Below, piece after piece: positions 58,027-64,000 of a DNA stretch of 64,000 nucleotides (its first letter is position 1; every line of letters starts with the position of its first letter). The DNA lies in contig CBFDCL010000001.1 of the NCBI GenBank assembly GCA_965603295.1, forward strand, positions 506 through 64,505. Reading direction: 5' to 3'. The notes beneath the pieces are model-generated. The model did not search any database, had not been told where the DNA came from, and saw nothing but the letters and a program-made list of their open reading frames with translations. A program made the translations under genes and the position numbers. This stretch comes from an uncultured bacterium (GTDB lineage: Bacteria > BMS3Abin14).

Positions 58027-59442
58027 TTGAATCTTGAACCCGATCGAAAGGGGCTCGGATTGAGCCAGGACGCGAAAAAGATCGAGAAATACAGGGGCAT
58101 CATCAAGTTCCTTGAGCACGCTGTCAGAAACATCGCTATTTACCCCTCTGAACACCCATCGGTTAAGGGGGTGTCAAAGCGCGCTTTTGATCTCCTCGGC
58201 CAGATTTTGGAGGAAGCTCCCGAGGTCCGGGTCCGGGTTGTCAACGGGACCCTTTTTCTGGACGAATATTCCTTCTCCGAGCCGACACCCTATTCCCGGA
58301 ACTTTATGAAGGTCCTTGATAGCTTCGGGATCGACGACCTGTTTTTCCGGAAAGGTGTTTCCGAGGATGAGTTCCTCATGCTTTCCGAGGTTCTGAATGC
58401 CAGGGAACGAAGCAGGGAAATGTTCCAGGAGATGTGCGAAAGGGAAGGGATACGGAATATCGGTCTGGGGAGGGAAGGACCCCGGCAGGATCATGGGGAC
58501 GGGGCCGAAGGGGATGTCCAGACCCTCGAGGATGCGGTGGGGAGAGTTGAGCAGTTTTTCAATGAAGTGGGCGGAGGCGGGTTCCCCTCCCTGCATGATG
58601 TGGAAAGTCTCGTTGAAGGCTTGATGAAAATTTCGGGAACCCGTGAGGCCTTTTCCCCTCATCTTTTTGGTGAAAAAGGGTACGACTCTTATACATTTGG
58701 CCACTGTGTCAACGTGGGAATCCTTTCCCTTCTCCTCGCTCGCCAGAAAGGGCTTAGCGAACAGGATGTCAGGAAGGCCGCCCTCGCCGGGTTAATGCAC
58801 GACATCGGAAAGGCGAGGGTGCCCCCTGGGATCGTTCAAAAGCCGGGCTTTCTGACCCCCCGGGAAAATGAGGAGATGAAATCCCACGCTGACTATTCGG
58901 GAGAAGTTGTGCGGCGGATGGGCGGTGCCGAGGATGTGGCAGGGGCTGTGGAGAACCATCACAGGTTTCACGACGGGGGCGGCTACCCGGCTCGGGAAGA
59001 TGGGGAAAATGTCCCGGCCCTTGCCGGTCTGGTATCGGTTGCGGATTTTTTCGACGCTGCCACGGCGGCTCGTCCCTATCGGGTGGCCTTGAACCCCGTC
59101 GAGGTTATGGATTATCTGAGGAAAGAACGAGGCCGCAGGTTCGACCCTGTTCACGTGGATGCCCTTTTCGCCCTGCTTGGACCGTTTCCTCCGGGATCCG
59201 TCATCCGGCTCTCGAGCAACGAGATTGGCGTTGTTGTCACGGGCGGGGAGCATTCGGGAGCCCTTTCCGTGAGGATGATCATCGACCGGGATGGTGATCC
59301 TTTCGGCAGTAGGCGCATCCTGGACCTGAATGGACCTGATGCGGCGGGGAGGGTTGTGGCTGGAGTTGTCGATCCGGCCCTTTACGGTCTGGAAATATCG
59401 GTTGCCCTTTCCTTCGGTTCTTACGCGAACCTGTCGCGATAA
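58027..59442 (+). CDS. cytoplasmic HD-GYP domain phosphodiesterase
   Basis: HDIGK and HHRFHDGGGYP motifs; the real start is probably an internal TTG/GTG. Confidence 0.7.
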   Translation: MNLEPDRKGLGLSQDAKKIEKYRGIIKFLEHAVRNIAIYPSEHPSVKGVSKRAFDLLGQILEEAPEVRVRVVNGTLFLDEYSFSEPTPYSRNFMKVLDSFGIDDLFFRKGVSEDEFLMLSEVLNARERSREMFQEMCEREGIRNIGLGREGPRQDHGDGAEGDVQTLEDAVGRVEQFFNEVGGGGFPSLHDVESLVEGLMKISGTREAFSPHLFGEKGYDSYTFGHCVNVGILSLLLARQKGLSEQDVRKAALAGLMHDIGKARVPPGIVQKPGFLTPRENEEMKSHADYSGEVVRRMGGAEDVAGAVENHHRFHDGGGYPAREDGENVPALAGLVSVADFFDAATAARPYRVALNPVEVMDYLRKERGRRFDPVHVDALFALLGPFPPGSVIRLSSNEIGVVVTGGEHSGALSVRMIIDRDGDPFGSRRILDLNGPDAAGRVVAGVVDPALYGLEISVALSFGSYANLSR

Positions 59443-59498
59443 TTTCCAGGACTTGACCTTGGGGTTCCGAACGGTTCCTGAATCCGGAAACCGGAAAT

Positions 59499-60080
59499 TT
59501 ATTCGGGACCGGGCAGGAGGTTCCCCAGGGCTTCCACGATTTTGGTTTTAAGAAAGGGGTCGTTTGTTTCCTTAAGGATCTTCAGAAGGTGAGGTTCCGC
59601 CGAGGGGTCACCGTTGCGGCCCAGGCTTTTGGCTGCGACACACGCGGTTTCAGTATCCTCACCCTGAAGGAATGGAAGGATGAACTCTGTAATCCGGGGA
59701 TCCCTGAAAAGGGAAAGGGTTTCCATAACTACCTGGATCACCGATGGGTTCGGGTCTTCCAGGGCTCCCAGGAGCGGTATGAAGGAGCGCTCGGGCAGAT
59801 GAAGACCGATGGCCTTCACGGCCGCAACGCGGATGTCCGGTTCGGGGTCTAGCAGGAAAGTTAGCATCTTTTCCACCGATTCCGGGGTGTTCAGAAAGCC
59901 GAGGAAGTATATGGCCCGCAGCCGGTCGGGTTTGTCCCCCTCTGCGGCGGTCCGGGCGATGTAACCGAGGCGTTCCAACCCTTCAACGCGGTCAAGGGCG
60001 CGGGAAGCGGCCGTGCGAACAGCGTCTTCCGGGTCCTGAAGAGCTTTAACAAGAACCTCTTTTCTTTCGGACAGGGACAT
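59499..60080 (-). CDS. HEAT/PBS-lyase repeat protein
   Basis: Tandem HEAT-like repeats (VRxxAxxALGxIG). Confidence 0.55.
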   Translation of the reverse strand: MSLSERKEVLVKALQDPEDAVRTAASRALDRVEGLERLGYIARTAAEGDKPDRLRAIYFLGFLNTPESVEKMLTFLLDPEPDIRVAAVKAIGLHLPERSFIPLLGALEDPNPSVIQVVMETLSLFRDPRITEFILPFLQGEDTETACVAAKSLGRNGDPSAEPHLLKILKETNDPFLKTKIVEALGNLLPGPE

Positions 60081-60146
60081 GGTTTTTCCTTTGTTCGGGG
60101 CCGGGTTGATATATTGTTAAAACATTATGATGATAAGGAGGAACCT

Positions 60147-61757
60147 GTGTCAAGGATTCACGCATTCCCTCTGATTGTTCTCCTGATTCTCACGGCCGTT
60201 TTTTTGCTTCCCGCCCTGCTTCCGGCGGCGGTTGAGGGAGCTCCCGAAGACGGTGACTGGCTGGTCCGCCATATCAGGGCGGAACCGGCCACCCTCAACC
60301 CCCTGACCGCTACAGACGTCTACGAGAGCACGATCAACGCCTATGTTTACGAAAGCCTCCTGGAAAGGGACAACAGGACCCTCGGCCTTGTGCCTTTACT
60401 GGCGCAGAGTTACGAAGTGTCACCTGATCGTTTGAGCTACCTGTTCACCCTCCGTGACGACGTCCGTTGGCAGGATGGGACTCCCCTTACGGCCGAGGAT
60501 GTCAAATTCACTTTTGATCGCATTGTTGACCCGAAAGTGGATTGTCCTCACCTGAAAAGCTATTTCAAGGATCTTGTGGGTGTCAACGCTCTCGATGAGA
60601 GGTCGGTGCGGTTTACCTTCGCGGGGCCCTATTTCAAATCCCTGGAGATGATCGGGGGCCAGTCTATTCTTCCTAAGCACATTTTTGAAAAAGGGGAATT
60701 TAACACCCATGCTGCGGGCCGGGAGCCCATGGGAAGCGGGCCTTACCGTTTTGTACGATGGGAAACCGGCAAGGAGATCGTTCTGGAGAGGAACCCCGAA
60801 TACCGTGGGGAGAAACCGCACCTGGACAGGATCGTGTTCAGGATCATCACCGACGATAACGCTGCCCTGCAGGTGTTAAAGAGCGGGGAAATGGACCTCA
60901 TGGGTCTCACCCCTGTCCAGTGGGTTAAACAGACCGAGAACAGCAGGTTCAAGAGGAGGTTCAACAAGCACAAGTACTACCTTCCCGGCTACAGTTATAT
61001 CGGGTGGAACTCAAAACGCACGTTTTTCGAAGACCCCATGGTGAGAAGGGCAATGACCATGCTCGTGGATCGCCCGGCAATCCTGGAAAGGCTGCGTTTC
61101 GGATTCGGAAGGATCGTGACGGGTAGTTTTTTCTATGAGAGCCCGGAGTACGATAAAAGCATCGAGGCGTGGCCCTTTGACCCTAAAAAGGCTGCCCGCC
61201 TGCTCGCGGAGGCCGGCTGGAAGGATTCGGACGGCGACGGTATCCTGGACCGGAACGGTGTGCCTTTCCGGTTCGAGTTCTCCATCGTTTCCGGAGTCCT
61301 GTTCCATGAACAGCTGTCGACGATCCTCAAGGAAGAGTTGTCCAAAGTCGGGATCGAGATGACCATCCGCCCCCTGGAATGGGCCCTGTTTACCAAGGTG
61401 CTGGATGAGCGCACCTACGATGCTGTGACCCTGGGATGGAGCCTGCCCGTGGAAGCGGATCCCTACCAGGTCTGGCATTCCAGCCAGACCGAAAAAGGTT
61501 CGAACCATGTGGGTTTTCGAGACAAAGAGGCGGACCGGATTATTGAGGAGGCCAGGATCACCTTTGACAAAGAAAAAAGGATCCAGCTTTATCGGGATTT
61601 CCATCGTATTCTCCACGAACAGCAGCCATATACGTTCCTGTTTGTCAGTGAAAGCCTGGTGGCGGTGGACAGGCGTTTTAACAACGTCAATGTCTACCCC
61701 TTGGGGATTGATACGACCGAATGGTGGGTGCGGGGCAAGGATCAGCGGTACCGCTGA
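60147..61757 (+). CDS. ABC transporter substrate-binding protein, family 5 (peptide/nickel)
   Basis: GTG start 5 nt after AGGAGG; signal peptide; SBP_bac_5 profile. Confidence 0.75.
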   Translation: MSRIHAFPLIVLLILTAVFLLPALLPAAVEGAPEDGDWLVRHIRAEPATLNPLTATDVYESTINAYVYESLLERDNRTLGLVPLLAQSYEVSPDRLSYLFTLRDDVRWQDGTPLTAEDVKFTFDRIVDPKVDCPHLKSYFKDLVGVNALDERSVRFTFAGPYFKSLEMIGGQSILPKHIFEKGEFNTHAAGREPMGSGPYRFVRWETGKEIVLERNPEYRGEKPHLDRIVFRIITDDNAALQVLKSGEMDLMGLTPVQWVKQTENSRFKRRFNKHKYYLPGYSYIGWNSKRTFFEDPMVRRAMTMLVDRPAILERLRFGFGRIVTGSFFYESPEYDKSIEAWPFDPKKAARLLAEAGWKDSDGDGILDRNGVPFRFEFSIVSGVLFHEQLSTILKEELSKVGIEMTIRPLEWALFTKVLDERTYDAVTLGWSLPVEADPYQVWHSSQTEKGSNHVGFRDKEADRIIEEARITFDKEKRIQLYRDFHRILHEQQPYTFLFVSESLVAVDRRFNNVNVYPLGIDTTEWWVRGKDQRYR

Positions 61758-61958
61758 TCTCCGGAGTGCAGGATATAGAGTGCAGTGTGCAGAGGGTAAG
61801 AACAATTGAGAATTGAGGATTGAGAATCACGGTTTGAAGTTTGAGGTTTTGAGTTTGAAGTTGCCGATTTGCTTTGTCTCTGCACTTTACACCCTGCACT
61901 CTGCACTCAATTCTCTGGACTCTGAACCCTGAACTCTGAACTCTGAACCGGCCTTTTT

Positions 61959-62969
61959 ATGAATCTTCGCGAATACCTGATAAGGCGTCTATGGCTGATC
62001 ATCCCCACGTTCCTGGGGATCACCCTTATTACCTTCCTGGTGATCCAGCTGGCGCCCGGGAGCCCGGCCGCCATGAAGCTCCGCCTGGGTGAGCAGGGTC
62101 ATATGGGAGACGAGGTAACAAGGGAGATCGTCCAGCAGACCAAAGCCCTTTACGGCCTCGACAAGCCCTTGTGGGTCCGTTACGGGATCTGGCTGCGGAG
62201 GGTGGTAACCTTCGATTTCGGGAATTCCTACAAGGATCACCGGCTGGTCCTGACGAAAATCATGGAGCGTCTTCCCGTAACCCTTGAACTTAACCTGATC
62301 TCGATCTTCCTCGTTTACCTCATCTCCATCCCCGTGGGGGTGTTCTCCGCGGTCAAACAGGGGAGTGTAGCCGACCGGGCCACGACGGTGGTCCTGTTCC
62401 TCCTTTATTCACTGCCCAACTTCTGGGTGGCAACCCTTCTGATCATGTTTCTGGGAGGGGGGGATTTCCTCGACTGGTTCCCGGTTTACGGCATCTCCTC
62501 CCCCGGGATGGAGGGCGCGTCCTTTTTCCCCCGCCTCGGGGATCACCTCTGGCACCTGGTCCTGCCGATTTTCTGCCTCACCTATGGAGGGCTGGCCGCC
62601 CTGTCCCGGTATCAGCGGGCGGGGATGCTCGAGGTTATCCGCCAGGATTACATTCGAACCGCGCGCGCCAAAGGGCTTCCGGAAAAGCTGGTGATCTTCA
62701 AGCATGCCTTTCGAAACTCCATCATTCCCATTGTCACCCTGTTGGGATATCTGCTGCCCGGGATGTTCGGAGGCAGCGTGATTATCGAAAGTATCTTTTC
62801 CATCCCCGGGATGGGGCAGCTCGGTTTTGAATCGGTCCTTTCCAGGGATTACCCGGTAGTCCTCGCGATCGCAACCATCTCGGCGATCCTGACCCTGCTG
62901 GGGCTCCTTGTTTCGGACCTGCTCTATGTCTGGGTGGACCCCCGGATCACATACGAAGGGGAACCATGA
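61959..62969 (+). CDS. ABC transporter permease (OppB/DppB-like)
   Basis: EAA-loop permease. Confidence 0.8.
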   Translation: MNLREYLIRRLWLIIPTFLGITLITFLVIQLAPGSPAAMKLRLGEQGHMGDEVTREIVQQTKALYGLDKPLWVRYGIWLRRVVTFDFGNSYKDHRLVLTKIMERLPVTLELNLISIFLVYLISIPVGVFSAVKQGSVADRATTVVLFLLYSLPNFWVATLLIMFLGGGDFLDWFPVYGISSPGMEGASFFPRLGDHLWHLVLPIFCLTYGGLAALSRYQRAGMLEVIRQDYIRTARAKGLPEKLVIFKHAFRNSIIPIVTLLGYLLPGMFGGSVIIESIFSIPGMGQLGFESVLSRDYPVVLAIATISAILTLLGLLVSDLLYVWVDPRITYEGEP

Positions 62970-63949
62970 TCCCACGGAACCGTAAACAGAGTTACACCAG
63001 GCTTATCTGGAAACAGTTCCGGCGGGATCCGGCTGCCCTTGCGGGCATGTTTTTTGTCCTTGTCCTGTTTGCTCTGGCCATCCTGGCCCCATTCCTTGCG
63101 GGCAGCCGGCCTATCGCTGCCGTCGTGGACAGTGATCTGGTTTTTCCCGCCCTGTCGAAGAAGGCACGACTGGTCTGGGATCAATCCGCCGAAAGTGATC
63201 GGGGATGGTCCCTCCGGCCCCTTGTCCCGCACGGGCCCACCGATATCGACCTGTCGGCAAACCTGATGCCGCCGGACCGAGATCATCTTCTTGGCACGGA
63301 CGATCGTGGACGGGACATCCTGGCCAGGATGATCCACGGGTCCCGGGTTTCCCTTTCGGTGGGGTTCGTGGCTGTGTCCATTTACACGGTCATCGGGATC
63401 TTTCTCGGGGCCCTGGCGGGATTCTATGGGGGGCGGGTGGACATGGTCATCAGCCGGATCATCGAAGAGATGATGTGTTTCCCTACATTTTTCCTTATCC
63501 TGGCCCTCCTGGCCTTTCTGCCGAGGAATATCTTCATGGTCATGGCTGTTATCGGTTTTACGGGTTGGACGGGTGTGGCCCGCCTGGTGCGTGGGGAGTT
63601 CCTCAAGCAGCGCAAGCTGGATTACGTCACGGCGGGGAAAGCTATCGGGGCTTCCAACCTGAGGATCATCTTTTTTCACATCCTGCCAAATTCGCTGGCC
63701 CCGGTCCTCGTTTCAGCCTCCTTCGGGGTGGCCGGGGCTATCCTGACGGAATCGTCCCTGAGTTTTCTTGGATTCGGCGTTCCCCCGCCGACGCCCTCCT
63801 GGGGAGATATCCTCTCCCAGTCCAAACAGTATATCGACTTTGCCTGGTGGTTGACCGTCTTCCCCGGGGCGGCCATCTTCCTGACGGTCACGGCGTATAA
63901 CCTTGTGGGCGAAGGGTTGAGGGACGCCGTGGATCCAAGACTGAAGTGA
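62966..63949 (+). CDS. ABC transporter permease (OppC/DppC-like)
   Basis: EAA-loop permease; 4-bp overlap with the upstream permease. Confidence 0.8.
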   Translation: MIPRNRKQSYTRLIWKQFRRDPAALAGMFFVLVLFALAILAPFLAGSRPIAAVVDSDLVFPALSKKARLVWDQSAESDRGWSLRPLVPHGPTDIDLSANLMPPDRDHLLGTDDRGRDILARMIHGSRVSLSVGFVAVSIYTVIGIFLGALAGFYGGRVDMVISRIIEEMMCFPTFFLILALLAFLPRNIFMVMAVIGFTGWTGVARLVRGEFLKQRKLDYVTAGKAIGASNLRIIFFHILPNSLAPVLVSASFGVAGAILTESSLSFLGFGVPPPTPSWGDILSQSKQYIDFAWWLTVFPGAAIFLTVTAYNLVGEGLRDAVDPRLK

Positions 63950-64000
63950 GAATAGCCCAAAGGCCAAAGACCTAAAGATACAGTCCGGGATTTATGCTGA

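Noticed and set aside
1-64000. CRISPR array
   Set aside because: The repeats are 7-nt tandem units with no 24-48-nt direct repeats separated by unique spacers, and there are no cas genes.
1-64000. Mobile genetic element, prophage or integron
   Set aside because: No transposase, integrase, recombinase, terminal inverted repeats of IS length, att sites or phage structural genes. Gene content is core housekeeping.

Overview
This 64-kb window is a GC-rich chromosomal segment that looks like it comes from an anaerobic, diderm bacterium. No rRNA, tRNA, CRISPR array, transposase, integrase or phage gene is visible, and no riboswitch is recognisable by eye. The taxonomic guess is Desulfobacterota- or Nitrospirota-like and is inference only. 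The features that point that way are hcp, rnfAB, an outer-membrane beta-barrel protein, lipoproteins, rseC and HD-GYP genes.

Coding content is ordinary housekeeping, and about 64 CDS are listed. The 1-16.5 kb stretch contains, in order:
- ffh-rpsP-rimM on the minus strand.
- A 13.5-kb same-strand string, rnfA-rnfB-hemX(ccsA-like)-hemA-hemC-hemD-hemB-ruvX-mltG-tldD-HD-GYP sensor-FecR-like-TPR lipoprotein.

The remaining blocks are:
- Sensor kinases, hpt, hybrid-cluster protein hcp preceded by a class-II CRP/FNR-type site, SRAP, and a MaoC/patatin/PLD lipid operon.
- EamA transporters, a polysaccharide flippase, and a CCG-type Fe-S oxidoreductase.
- arfB, then the conserved tmk-holB-PSP1-metG-tatD block, with TatD fused to a radical-SAM domain.
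- mogA/MOSC, dksA, a GAF-kinase/response-regulator pair, and apbE-NusG_II-Gx transporter.
- tag, pgeF, rluD, rseC, purC, a second HD-GYP protein, and an Opp-like ABC transporter.

The most unusual signal is non-coding. Almost every intergenic spacer is filled with short tandem heptanucleotide repeats. The units include GAGAATT, GTGATTG, GGTTTGA/CTCAAAC, AAACGTT, TCCAAGA, CCAAAGC, AGTGCAC, CTCCTGG, CCAGTGG and CTCCGTG, and they occur in both orientations. These assemble into larger composite elements with a conserved module order, (GAGAATT)n-(GTGATTG)n-(GGTTTGA)n, present in at least five copies. A second composite type flanks rimM-rpsP. A third, non-heptamer, mosaic family (modules W/X/Y) carries nested GATAAG/CTTATC inverted repeats.

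These elements flank genes as direct repeats. They expand the ffh-rpsP spacer to about 450 bp. In several cases they supply the stop codon or terminal codons of neighbouring ORFs. They resemble the cyanobacterial STRR heptamer repeats, but sit in a non-cyanobacterial genome and have a higher-order architecture. They are the best candidate for an undescribed system in this window.
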